Positions 19,546-29,437 of a stretch of DNA of 64,000 bases are shown in pieces. The translations under genes were made by a program, and so were the position numbers. The notes beneath the pieces are model-generated. The model saw only the letters and a program-made list of their open reading frames with translations, was not told the DNA's origin and did not search any database. The DNA is from Candidatus Poribacteria bacterium (GTDB lineage: Bacteria > Poribacteria > WGA-4E > PCPOR2b), in the NCBI GenBank assembly GCA_965198175.1, contig OZ240245.1:2976001-3040000 (forward strand), given 5' to 3'. The number at the start of each line of letters is the position of its first letter. The stretch's first letter is position 1.

Positions 19546-22506
19546 TCACGGCTGGATTAACACCATATGTTTCGTTCCCTTGTTTGAAGCGAGCCTCACG
19601 AGGTCTTTGAGTGCAGGCACCTGATCAACTTCAACTAGAGCCTGCTGCAAACGGAGAATTTGCTTCATTGACAGTTTGCGCTTAGACTTTGTGTAGTTCA
19701 TCTGGACGGATCCAACGCTGTTGTGAAGCTCTCGATTGTCCGGTACAGAGTCCCCAACAAATTGAGATGCCAAATTGACGGTAATTTCGTCCTCAAGGGT
19801 GAGCGTTTTTCCGAGGGTCACTGGGTAGGACCGACTCTGTTCACTCAGCAAGGATTCGTAAGGATGTTTGACGACCGGCAGTTTTAGGACAAATTGGCGA
19901 CCAATGGCAAAAAGGTAGTCGGAACAGTGCCATTTTAACGTAATCTTCAGTCGTTCACTCATCATACCAATATCGCCAATCTCAAAAGAATCTAATGTGG
20001 CGCGATTGTCAAGCTCCAGGTACTTGTGTAGAAACTTTGCTCGCTCAACGGGGCGAAGATTTCTCAATTTACTTCGGAGTATTATGTTGAACTCACCCGT
20101 CACCGTGATTTCTTGAAGAGACTTCACAGAGAGATCGCTTTCCACCTGAATTTGTGTGATTGTGCGCCTTAGATTTTGTTCTGGCGGTGATGTCGGACTT
20201 TTTGCAAAACGAAATAAGCGACTGGTCATCCGTTCACTAGTCTCATGTTCATCTCTCTTATGCTTGAAACTGCTCTGATCTGCGTGGGAACGACTCTGCG
20301 CAGAAATGTCCTCCATGAGAAAATCGGGATTGATGATGAGCGCCCAGCGGTCTTGATTGCTTGCCGGGAAATCGCCAAATGCGCAGGTTTCCACAGTCGA
20401 ATCTAACCAGATAAGATCCGCATCATCATTTTCTTCGACCGCGAGAATCATGTGATTAAAGTAGGCGAGCGACGGAATCTCTCGGATAACACTGCGGGAG
20501 TCGCCAGCGGAGATTAACACAGGATATGACCTAATACCTGTAGCAGCGAGCATAGTACTTAACAATGTCGTTTTATCTTTGCAATCCCCATATTTTTCTT
20601 TGAGAATCAGGGGCGCCGGATGGGGTTTAATCGCCCAAATGCCGAGTTCAATCCCAACATAATTGATGTTTGCGGTGACATATTCGTAAAGTCGCTTAAT
20701 TTTCTCCTTTCGAGTCCAAGCCCCTTTCAGCAACGCTTTTGTTTTCTCTTCAATTTCTGGCGTGATATAGTCTTGCTCCCGGATGAGTGTTGCATACCAT
20801 TCAACCAACATCTCCCAAGAATCGATTGACGAGATGCTGATATTGTATGCTAGGTCTTCGATGGCGGGCATGAACACTTCTTGATGCAATGGAGGCACAT
20901 CGCGCACATCAAATGTATAGGTGCGCGTATAGTTGCTTTCCGTTATCACTGGCTCAATCTGCGGCCCATTGATCTGATAATAGAGCGTTTTCTTTTTAGG
21001 GATATGAACAGTGAAGCGGTAGTATTGCACCGGAGCGGACGTTTGGAAATAGACCTGACGCCAGAATTCATCTCGCATGATGTGTCCTCGATTTTTCGAG
21101 GAGTAAGCGTAATCAATGATGCAGCCGTCGGACATTTCAGGCATTTTGAAGTGCATGAGACGAGCATCGACAAACAAACCGCGTTCGACCGCGCTTGGCG
21201 GAGGAATGTCCTTGACGATTTTTCGCCGATCTAGTTCAAACACCTGACCATTGGACGCGATGGTTCGGGCGTGATGAAGAGTGATATCGTCATTGCCGCG
21301 CGTGTACGGGATACTAACCCCACCGAATTTGTGTCCCCCTTCGTTAAGAATCTTTACAACGCGCCGCGTTGAATAAACAGAACTCACATCTTCATTGATG
21401 TCCAATACCTCAACTTCCCATAGGACGACAGCATTGGCATTTGGATAGCCATCTGTCGCTTTCGTATCAGTAACCAAAATCTCGATTTGTTGCTCATCAG
21501 CTTTTGAAATGAAATTATAAGGAATTGGTGGACTGTGACTTGGTGATGCGACCTTAGCAGGTTTGTCGAAAGATTGGATCGTTGTCTCGGAGATTTTTTC
21601 TCCGCTCCGCTCATCCAGCGCTTCAGCTCCGGACATAGATTGGGTTTCATCCGAATCAGCGGAGAAAGTACCGAAATCGGGCGATGCAGCGGGGATTATT
21701 AGCGGTGAACGCCGTTTCCCGAAGAATGTCTGGTGCGCAAGTAATCCTTCTGCCTCAGTAGCCACATTTTTGCGCGAGGGGATTCCATCTCCATTGTCAT
21801 CGAGGTGCGGGTGTTCCGATTGAACGGCACCATCCTTTTCGTACCAGATTTTAACTCGATTTTGGGTGTATAGAAACGCTTCTAGCAGAGAGATAGCCTG
21901 ATTTCCATCTGTATCCGAGGTTCCATCAGAAAAGGCGTCGATGAAAATATTCCCGAATCCCGATCGCATATACCCTTCATAGAATGAACACGAGACAATA
22001 ATCGTTCGCCCTACTTTGCTGAATTGCGGAACTATGCGCGCGCTGTAAGGGAAACCTAGAATCAGAATCATCTCTTCCGCTGCAATCTGATTGATGCCAT
22101 CTGCAACTTCTACGCCGCTGAAATCTCGCCCCGTAAGATTAAACTTTAGGCCACGTCCAGCTTTCGTCGCATGCCCAATCATAAAGAGGACCAATCGATC
22201 AGTAGACTGTACCTTCTGCGCCATATCGGCGAACACATTTTCGACATTAGTTTTTGTCGATTTTCCATCAACCAGCTCCGGTAATTCTCCACTATCCTCA
22301 AAGAGAAAGCTAATATTCTCAGGTGAATAACCGTATTCGTCCGTGAGTAGTTTGTGCATTCGTGAAGTGGCACGCCAAAACTCATCATAGAAGGATTTCT
22401 CTCCCCCGGCGCCGCCGAGAATCAGAGCATAATCGTCGGCAGATCCATTGTGAGCAGCAAACAAAATTCCAATCCATAGCGTGCAAACAAAACGTGCCCT
22501 TGTCAT
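19546..22506 (-). CDS. Secreted fusion: caspase/C13-like domain + DUF3857 + transglutaminase-like + C-terminal beta domain
   Basis: Signal peptide; N-terminal ALILGG...LFMIGH...ISLLEAF; TGase triad GDCKDK, FNHMI, WLDST. Confidence 0.75.
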   Translation of the reverse strand: MTRARFVCTLWIGILFAAHNGSADDYALILGGAGGEKSFYDEFWRATSRMHKLLTDEYGYSPENISFLFEDSGELPELVDGKSTKTNVENVFADMAQKVQSTDRLVLFMIGHATKAGRGLKFNLTGRDFSGVEVADGINQIAAEEMILILGFPYSARIVPQFSKVGRTIIVSCSFYEGYMRSGFGNIFIDAFSDGTSDTDGNQAISLLEAFLYTQNRVKIWYEKDGAVQSEHPHLDDNGDGIPSRKNVATEAEGLLAHQTFFGKRRSPLIIPAASPDFGTFSADSDETQSMSGAEALDERSGEKISETTIQSFDKPAKVASPSHSPPIPYNFISKADEQQIEILVTDTKATDGYPNANAVVLWEVEVLDINEDVSSVYSTRRVVKILNEGGHKFGGVSIPYTRGNDDITLHHARTIASNGQVFELDRRKIVKDIPPPSAVERGLFVDARLMHFKMPEMSDGCIIDYAYSSKNRGHIMRDEFWRQVYFQTSAPVQYYRFTVHIPKKKTLYYQINGPQIEPVITESNYTRTYTFDVRDVPPLHQEVFMPAIEDLAYNISISSIDSWEMLVEWYATLIREQDYITPEIEEKTKALLKGAWTRKEKIKRLYEYVTANINYVGIELGIWAIKPHPAPLILKEKYGDCKDKTTLLSTMLAATGIRSYPVLISAGDSRSVIREIPSLAYFNHMILAVEENDDADLIWLDSTVETCAFGDFPASNQDRWALIINPDFLMEDISAQSRSHADQSSFKHKRDEHETSERMTSRLFRFAKSPTSPPEQNLRRTITQIQVESDLSVKSLQEITVTGEFNIILRSKLRNLRPVERAKFLHKYLELDNRATLDSFEIGDIGMMSERLKITLKWHCSDYLFAIGRQFVLKLPVVKHPYESLLSEQSRSYPVTLGKTLTLEDEITVNLASQFVGDSVPDNRELHNSVGSVQMNYTKSKRKLSMKQILRLQQALVEVDQVPALKDLVRLASNKGTKHMVLIQP

Positions 22507-22688
22507 AGCAAACTATTCCTAAGGTAGGTGGTTAATTGCGAGATTGATTTACTGGTAATGGGCAACCTCTGGAGGAATAGCCTTCACAGCAGTCGGCAGC
22601 CGAAGGCTGAACCCACAGAATCGGCTCAGAGACTTAGAAAGTTAAAGCGGAAGGTTCTCCAAGATTTATACAAGCAGATATGCTCCTT

Positions 22689-24110
22689 CTACGAATCACT
22701 AAGATGGAATATTGCCATCTTGAATTCGGTCATTTCTTCCACCGCGTACTTGGGACCCTCCTTGCCCATGCCGCTCTCTTTTACCCCTCCATAAGGCATC
22801 AAGTCAGCCCTCCACTGGGTTCCCCAATTGACCATCAGGTTTCCCGATTCGACCTCGCGCACAAACTTCATCGCCCAATCGATGTTTTGGGTGAAAATTC
22901 CGGCGCTCAATCCATAATTCGTGTCGTTGGCTAGTGCAATGGCATCATCAATATTCGCCACGCGGGTTACTCCAACAACCGGTCCGAAGATTTCGTCGCA
23001 CGAGATTTTCATCTCTGGCTTCACGTTCGCGACGACTGTAGGATTATAAATCTGGCCGTTCCTTCCTCCACCTGCGAGCAATTCAGCGCCATCACCGAGA
23101 GCTTCTTGCACCCATTCATCTACTCGGACGGCATCTGACTCCCGGATCATCGGCCCCATACGTGTAGGCTCATCGAGCGGATCGCCAGTAGTGATACCTT
23201 CAACTGTCGCTTTGAAAGCGTCGAGAAAGTCGCCGTAAATCTTTTCGTGAGCAATAACTCGCTGAGTTGAGATGCAAACCTGACCGGCGTTTGAGTAACC
23301 GGATGCCGCCGCAGCTTTGGCAACCTTTTCTGGGTCTGCGTCAGGCATAACGATGAGCGGGGAGTTTGAACCCAACTCCATCGTCACTCGTTTAAGCCCA
23401 GCAACATGGCAAATATGTTCGCCGATATCACGGCTACCGGTGAAGGTAATCTTCCGGACGCGCCGGTCAGCACAAAGTGCGTCTCCAATTTCTCCGCCCT
23501 GGCCAGTCAAACATTGAATCGCTTCTGGCGGTGTGCCAGCCTCCAAGAGTATCTCAACAAGCCTTAGTGCCGACAGGGGTGTATCTGTAGCAGGTTTGAC
23601 GACAATAGCGTTTCCGGCCGCCAGCGCGGGCCCGACCTTATGGCACACAAGGTGCAGCGGAAAGTTGAAGGGACTTATGCCCACAACGACACCACATGGT
23701 ACTCGCACGGTAAAGCCGAATTTGCCGTGAGCACCCGGCGCACCGTCAAGCGGAACAACCTCGCCATAAAGCCGTTTGGCTTCTTCAGCCGAAAGTGCAA
23801 TAATCTCTGCAGCACGACTAGCTTCCATGCGCCCCTCAGCGAGAATCTTGCCTTCTTCCAATGTGATCGTGCGCCCCAAATCATCCGCACGTTCCGCCAT
23901 CAGTTCTGAGGCTTTGTGAAGGATTTCGTAACGCTCATAGCCGGTCAATTTTGCCATGACTTTTGCACCGCGCACTGCAGTTTCAATAGCTTTCTCGACA
24001 TCGTTGACATCTGATTTGGGAATGGTGTCGACAACCGAACTGTCATAAGGGTTCAACACATCAATCTTCTGGGGTCTGTCAACCCACTCACCGCCAATGT
24101 GCATTCTCAT
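22689..24110 (-). CDS. NAD(P)-dependent aldehyde dehydrogenase
   Basis: PFNFP, KPATDTP, FTGS, MELGSN, GQVCIS, EIFGPV, PYGGVKESG. Confidence 0.95.
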   Translation of the reverse strand: MRMHIGGEWVDRPQKIDVLNPYDSSVVDTIPKSDVNDVEKAIETAVRGAKVMAKLTGYERYEILHKASELMAERADDLGRTITLEEGKILAEGRMEASRAAEIIALSAEEAKRLYGEVVPLDGAPGAHGKFGFTVRVPCGVVVGISPFNFPLHLVCHKVGPALAAGNAIVVKPATDTPLSALRLVEILLEAGTPPEAIQCLTGQGGEIGDALCADRRVRKITFTGSRDIGEHICHVAGLKRVTMELGSNSPLIVMPDADPEKVAKAAAASGYSNAGQVCISTQRVIAHEKIYGDFLDAFKATVEGITTGDPLDEPTRMGPMIRESDAVRVDEWVQEALGDGAELLAGGGRNGQIYNPTVVANVKPEMKISCDEIFGPVVGVTRVANIDDAIALANDTNYGLSAGIFTQNIDWAMKFVREVESGNLMVNWGTQWRADLMPYGGVKESGMGKEGPKYAVEEMTEFKMAIFHLSDS

Positions 24111-24762
24111 CGTAAATTACCTCCATTAGGTTTTCTAAGTTGAAGCCAGAAATTTCAGAATTGAATCCAGAACTTGTTAACGAGAAACGCCTGTTACATT
24201 ATTCAGTCAAGGCAATTCTAGTGAACATTATCTCACAGTTAATTACTGAAATGCAACCGATTTTTCCTTTCTGATGAACAAGCTTCTGCGGGGCTCCTCT
24301 TCTCCAAGCTTGGTCCAAGCTTAGACGTTGGTTTCAAACTGATTCGCTTGCGACCCAAAAGAATAAAGAGTAGGTCTATTGATAGGCTTCCATTAGTTTG
24401 TTCAAAACACAATCTATCACCAAATTCAGTCCTCAAAGGATTTCCCGTCTGAGAAATATGCATCCTTTGGAGATCGTCTGCGCTTAAGACCGACAAACCT
24501 GCCTCTTCAACATGAGGGTAGTTCTCGTTTAAAATGGTGCAGGATTCATCAGGACGGAAGATTGGAAGGGAAAAGGAGAGCGATTAACGGATTAAGGAAG
24601 AGAAATCCCAAGGGAAGAAAAACTTCCGGAAAAAAATGAACTATGCTCAAAAGTATACCACTCTATTCGTCAGAATTCGCACCATAGCTGTCCCTGTGAC
24701 GCTGTGTGTTCATGTTCCCATAGCTTTTCTCTCAAACATTTCGTGATAGTGTGCAGCAAAGC

Positions 24763-25578
24763 CTACCCAACTTCCTCACCATCCAGCCTACCGACGTGCA
24801 GATCAATCTCCTCACGGGTCTCAATCTTTTCCACTTTGCCATCTGCCATATAGAAAATGCGATCCGATACGTCAAGCATCTTTGTATCGTGGGTAGCTGT
24901 AATGATTGTCACCCCATTTTCTTCATTCAACTGTTTCAGAAGGGCGATTATCTCCAGCCCTGTTTGAGTGTCGAGATTGCCGGTCGGCTCATCCGCTAGC
25001 ACGATTGCCGGATCGTTAGCGAGGGAGCGGGCAACGGCAACGCGCTGTTGTTGTCCACCGGAGAGTTCAAGCGGTTTATGCTGGATCCGATCGCCTAATC
25101 CTACAAGTGCAAGCAAGTCTGCTCCCTTTTGGCGACTATCATCGGCAGTCATACCGCCAAAAATCATCGGTAGGGATACGTTTTCCAGAGCAGTCATCAC
25201 AGGAATGAGATTGAACGATTGGAAAATGTAGCCGATTTTGCGACAGCGAAGCCATGCCAACTCATATGCATCTAACTGCGCAATATCTACCTCATCAATA
25301 TACACCCTGCCTTCCGTTGGTTTATCCAAACCCCCAATCATGTTAAAAAGCGTCGATTTACCACTTCCAGAAGGGCCTATAATCGAAATGTACTCGCCTC
25401 GACGAATTTCAAAATTAACACCTTGTAAAGCACCGATGATACTCGAACCCATCTCATATCTCTTTATCAAGTTCCTTACACGTACAGTGTTTTCCTTCGG
25501 CAATTGTCGCTTAACTCGCTCAGTAGTTTCAATTGGAACAACACCACTATTTGTATCTATCGCCAGGGATTCTGCCAT
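24763..25578 (-). CDS. ABC transporter ATP-binding protein (LolD/MacB-type)
   Basis: [33 protein letters not shown]. Confidence 0.95.
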   Translation of the reverse strand: MAESLAIDTNSGVVPIETTERVKRQLPKENTVRVRNLIKRYEMGSSIIGALQGVNFEIRRGEYISIIGPSGSGKSTLFNMIGGLDKPTEGRVYIDEVDIAQLDAYELAWLRCRKIGYIFQSFNLIPVMTALENVSLPMIFGGMTADDSRQKGADLLALVGLGDRIQHKPLELSGGQQQRVAVARSLANDPAIVLADEPTGNLDTQTGLEIIALLKQLNEENGVTIITATHDTKMLDVSDRIFYMADGKVEKIETREEIDLHVGRLDGEEVG

Positions 25579-25581
25579 CTA

Positions 25582-25998
25582 TTACATTCCTCCTTTTGTT
25601 TTTTTGGAGACAGCAAATCCAATAATGTTGCGTTTGCCCAACTGCCGCATAAAAGTAAACAGCGACGTTTCTGCCTCTTTCCGTGTCATGCGATATTGCA
25701 TACTAAGGTGTTTGACGATTTGGTTAATCGAATTATTACCATCGCACAGTTGCCATACATAAGACCCAACATCGTCCAGAACAATCACGCGTTTGTTGGG
25801 CAGCGAAAAAACCTTGGAAGCAACCCGAATCCATAGTTTCTGCTGCTGGGGAATGACGAGTGAAACCTCCTCTTTATCATCCACTTCCCATTTGATTAAC
25901 TGGTTACGAAGCGGTAACGCGTCCAAGATGCGCCCCCGGTCAAATGGCGTATCTGGTCGCTTTTTGAGTCTGAGTTTGTAAAGGATAGCGTCGATCAT
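25582..25998 (-). CDS. PqqD family / RiPP recognition element protein
   Basis: LDDVGSYVWQLCDGNNSINQIVKHL...LFTFMRQL is a typical PqqD winged-helix pattern. Confidence 0.8.
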   Translation of the reverse strand: MIDAILYKLRLKKRPDTPFDRGRILDALPLRNQLIKWEVDDKEEVSLVIPQQQKLWIRVASKVFSLPNKRVIVLDDVGSYVWQLCDGNNSINQIVKHLSMQYRMTRKEAETSLFTFMRQLGKRNIIGFAVSKKTKGGM

Positions 25999-26017
25999 TC
26001 TCGTTTCATTTTTTGTT

Positions 26018-26950
26018 CTAGTGGCATCGAATGCTTGACGTAACTCCGTCTACTGTCTTAGCCGCATCACGCTTCGCAACTGCTTGTACAACATAGATAC
26101 GATTGGACTGGTAGCAATGCCGGATGTATACGGCAAAGGCCTGTCGGCGCAGAATTTTATCAATAATCAATACAGGCGCAAAGGGAATATGATCGGTTAG
26201 GCGGGTTTGCTCACCGATCAGCGTGAATTGCTCGTCTCCATCGTCGAATTGGAGAGATTCCATTTCGAAGCCATATCCCCGGATCGCCTTGGCATACTTC
26301 GCTCGAAACCAAGACTCCAAATCGTTTTCTTTCAGAGTTATATTCGCTAGTCCATATCGCTCAATTGAAAGCTTGCGGCTGCCATCAACGAAAGAAAGTA
26401 ACAGATAGCCGGATAAGAATTGATGTTTCTCGAGTCGATATCGGCGTGGCACTTCAACGTTGAGTTGGTATGCTGTCCAAAGCGGCGTCGGTCCGGTTGG
26501 ATGATCTTGAAGCGAAGTCAAGATGCGCATGGTTGTCGTGCGGAGATTTTCTTTGAGATGTCCCATCACTTGGACAATTGTAATTCGTTTGCACGTGTGA
26601 CAGTGGCAGATTACTCCGCTCGCTCGGTAATTTCCCTTCCAACTAAAGAATACCCCATCTCGACCGTCAAGGAACGACTCATCCTTGATGAGATTGACAT
26701 TCCGCTGGATGTGAAGTTTAGCTTCTTTACGCTTCAAATTCTTGCGGATAAGTTTGAAATATTCATCCAAAACGCGATGCAGATCCGGCTTCTTCTGCTT
26801 CGAAACAGACCACTTTAACTCCAGACGAGGCAACATCTCATCATCCAGCCGAAGATACCCCTTTTTCTCGTCACCAGATAATCCGCTCAACTCCCAGTTG
26901 GTGGGAATTTCCAGTGTGATACCCGCCCAACCGAAATTTGTCCATTCCAT
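26018..26950 (-). CDS. Hypothetical protein in the PqqD/ABC operon
   Basis: 310-aa co-directional ORF. Two similar halves (FGWAGITLEIPTNWEL / WTAYQLNVEVPRRYRL) and CHCxxC. Confidence 0.75.
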   Translation of the reverse strand: MEWTNFGWAGITLEIPTNWELSGLSGDEKKGYLRLDDEMLPRLELKWSVSKQKKPDLHRVLDEYFKLIRKNLKRKEAKLHIQRNVNLIKDESFLDGRDGVFFSWKGNYRASGVICHCHTCKRITIVQVMGHLKENLRTTTMRILTSLQDHPTGPTPLWTAYQLNVEVPRRYRLEKHQFLSGYLLLSFVDGSRKLSIERYGLANITLKENDLESWFRAKYAKAIRGYGFEMESLQFDDGDEQFTLIGEQTRLTDHIPFAPVLIIDKILRRQAFAVYIRHCYQSNRIYVVQAVAKRDAAKTVDGVTSSIRCH

Positions 26951-27059
26951 AACGTCATACGTGATGTGTGAAAATCTTACCTGACATGCCCACCATGGAT
27001 TCGTTAAGATGTGTTAAACTGCACACCTGTCATCTGACGTATCACGCAGACATTGTCCG

Positions 27060-29051
27060 TTAGAACGGTTTTACAATCACCGCCTTGGATACCAATGCAA
27101 TAGCGACCGTTCCCATACCGATGAGGCCTACGCCGCAAGTAAAGCCCGCCGCCAAAACAGGGTTAAACATAAACCACCGTTTCAAACCGAATCGCTTAAT
27201 CATATAAAATCGACCAATTACTGCCCCAATGAGCCGTGGTAACATCATCCCTGGGTCGGCGCCGATACCACCCACGATACCGTAAAACCACATACTCGGC
27301 ATCTTCCCCAACCAGAGGAGTCCGTAGATAGCTAGCGAGCCGGTGAACCCTGTCGCAACGTAATCGCCTCGGATGGCTTGCAACATCTGGCTGCTACCGT
27401 CGCGGAGCGAAGTCTTCCACAGACATTCGTTAGTTGCGTAAATGGGCCACCAAGTTTGGGCAAAAGGATATTGCGCAGAAGGAATAGGCGCAATTTTCCA
27501 AATGAAATGCCATACCAGAATTCCAGAAACAAGTAAAATCGGCATAATCAAAAGATGGGCTGCGATGTTACTTGTAAAGCTAGTCCCCGTCAGTTCACAC
27601 ACACGCCAGCCTTGGGTGCCACGACCATAGTCTTCGTCTGGCAATGGAACAAACCAGATGTCGATCTCCTCGTAGCGGCTCAAGATAAATGTTGTCTCGT
27701 GGATATAGGGAATTTCGAAGAGATCCCGACCCAACACCCCAAACGTCCGCGCCGTGACGTAGGAATTTAGCGGGGTGTATATAAAGGCAAAGCCGAGCAA
27801 GAATTTCACTGGGAAATTCGGCACCATCCAATGCACCATCCACACAAAGCCAATCATGCCGATAAGCCACAATCCCAGCATCAGCCAGAGCGGAAAATCT
27901 CCGCGGCCCGGCGGTGTTTGGAGCGACCCACGCACACCAGTAGTTTCCCCTCTAGCGGATCGGAATTTCAGAAGCATCGGAACAGATGCGGCAAGCCCAA
28001 CGACCGCGAAGCTGAAAGCTTTGCCCATATTAGCGCTAATCCAAAAATCCAATCCGTTAAATAACCCTGCGCCTCGGACATCCAAACCGGGACGCCATTG
28101 ATGTAAAATTTCACGAGGGTAGAGAATCTGCGGGTTCAGGAAAAACTGAGTAAACATTGCCGCGATAAATTCGGTCATCACCACGGGAAAAGGCAGCACA
28201 AACCCAAAGAGAATCTGCCCAAAGTCAGTGGAGAGGGCAAACACTCCTGTGGGAGCGAAGCCTTCGATACTTGGTGTAAAATCGATGAATGGGATTTTGA
28301 GAATCTCAATCGGTTTTGACATCATCACACCAGTGAGCGAAGGGATGCCGATATAGAGGAAACCCCACAGTAGCCCCGCCATAGAACCAATAGAAAACAC
28401 GCGCCAACGCCATGTTTCCGCCCTCCCTGTGGTTTCTGCTAGAGCAGTTGCTCCTTGTGCTTCAATGGGGGCTAGTGGATACGGCAGTCGTTCTAGATCG
28501 GCGGTGAGCCGGAACAAAAAATAACCTGCACTGATATGTCGAATCGTCCCAAGCAGCCTCATAATCAGAAAGATCCAGATAGGCGTCCACCAATCCATGT
28601 GTAACAGCGATCTTTCTGCAATCGCAACCGAATCCGGTGAAGGCGCAACCCAAAAAGGAATCTTGTCAGCAATTTCATATTGCTCTGCCTGCTGCGTTTG
28701 GACAAAGTACGCGTACCAGATGAAACTACGGTAGTTAAGCCCCGACCCGACTGCCGCTCCAGTCAGCCCAAGCAGTATGAACAGTTCCTGTCGTTTGGCG
28801 GTGGTAAAGGATCGCCGCGCCAATTCGGTAAATAATATGACCGCTACCCACGGCGCGGCGCCCGCGCCCGTTTGCCCCGACACTAACTGCAGATAGATTG
28901 AGCCCGGCATCATCAACAGCCCCACAAAAAGTGCTCCTATAAATACCTTGAGCGTTAAGCCAGATTCAAATGTCCGAATCCCGCCTTCCATATCGTAACG
29001 CTGAGCCCAAGCCTGCCACTCCTCGGCCTGCGATATTCTCTCTCTCGCCAA
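27060..29051 (-). CDS. OPT-like (DUF6785-related) multi-pass membrane transporter
   Basis: Many TM helices, ERLPYPLAPI, IPSAQYP. TTG start with SD AAAGGAG. Confidence 0.7.
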   Translation of the reverse strand: MARERISQAEEWQAWAQRYDMEGGIRTFESGLTLKVFIGALFVGLLMMPGSIYLQLVSGQTGAGAAPWVAVILFTELARRSFTTAKRQELFILLGLTGAAVGSGLNYRSFIWYAYFVQTQQAEQYEIADKIPFWVAPSPDSVAIAERSLLHMDWWTPIWIFLIMRLLGTIRHISAGYFLFRLTADLERLPYPLAPIEAQGATALAETTGRAETWRWRVFSIGSMAGLLWGFLYIGIPSLTGVMMSKPIEILKIPFIDFTPSIEGFAPTGVFALSTDFGQILFGFVLPFPVVMTEFIAAMFTQFFLNPQILYPREILHQWRPGLDVRGAGLFNGLDFWISANMGKAFSFAVVGLAASVPMLLKFRSARGETTGVRGSLQTPPGRGDFPLWLMLGLWLIGMIGFVWMVHWMVPNFPVKFLLGFAFIYTPLNSYVTARTFGVLGRDLFEIPYIHETTFILSRYEEIDIWFVPLPDEDYGRGTQGWRVCELTGTSFTSNIAAHLLIMPILLVSGILVWHFIWKIAPIPSAQYPFAQTWWPIYATNECLWKTSLRDGSSQMLQAIRGDYVATGFTGSLAIYGLLWLGKMPSMWFYGIVGGIGADPGMMLPRLIGAVIGRFYMIKRFGLKRWFMFNPVLAAGFTCGVGLIGMGTVAIALVSKAVIVKPF

Positions 29052-29126
29052 ATTAAAATCTCCTTTCGTAGCACGTGACGGAATGCGCGAAAGTCCAGAC
29101 GTACTACGTGTTCGTATTACGTACTA

Positions 29127-29306
29127 TTATTTCTTATCCTGAAAGAGTTCCTCCCAAATGTGGGCGATGAAGATAGCAACAATTAGGATTGCAGCCGATA
29201 GGATTAGGGGCTGCCATCGCCCGCCCAAAAAGAAGATTGAAATGACCCAAAGAATCACGCCGATGACTATAAAAAAACTCGCTAATTTTTCTCCGAAGTT
29301 TCCCAT
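29127..29306 (-). CDS. Small two-TM membrane protein (59 aa, below the ORF-track cutoff)
   Basis: MGNFGEKLASFFIVIGVILWVISIFFLGGRWQPLILSAAILIVAIFIAHIWEELFQDKK, SD AAGGA, fills the operon gap. Confidence 0.65.
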   Translation of the reverse strand: MGNFGEKLASFFIVIGVILWVISIFFLGGRWQPLILSAAILIVAIFIAHIWEELFQDKK

Positions 29307-29437
29307 GCGCGTTGTTTTCCTTCGCGTAATGTTTGAAATGTCTTAATCTACTAGCTAAGGCATCAACAGATTGACCGTGCGGTTGGATGCTTTCAATTCG
29401 GCACGGCGGGGAAGCCTAAAGGACCTGCTACAATTCG

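Noticed and set aside
24239..24496. 85-aa minus-strand ORF after the ABC ATPase as a precursor peptide for the RRE
   Set aside because: TTG start without a clear SD and no leader/core pattern; cannot be supported.
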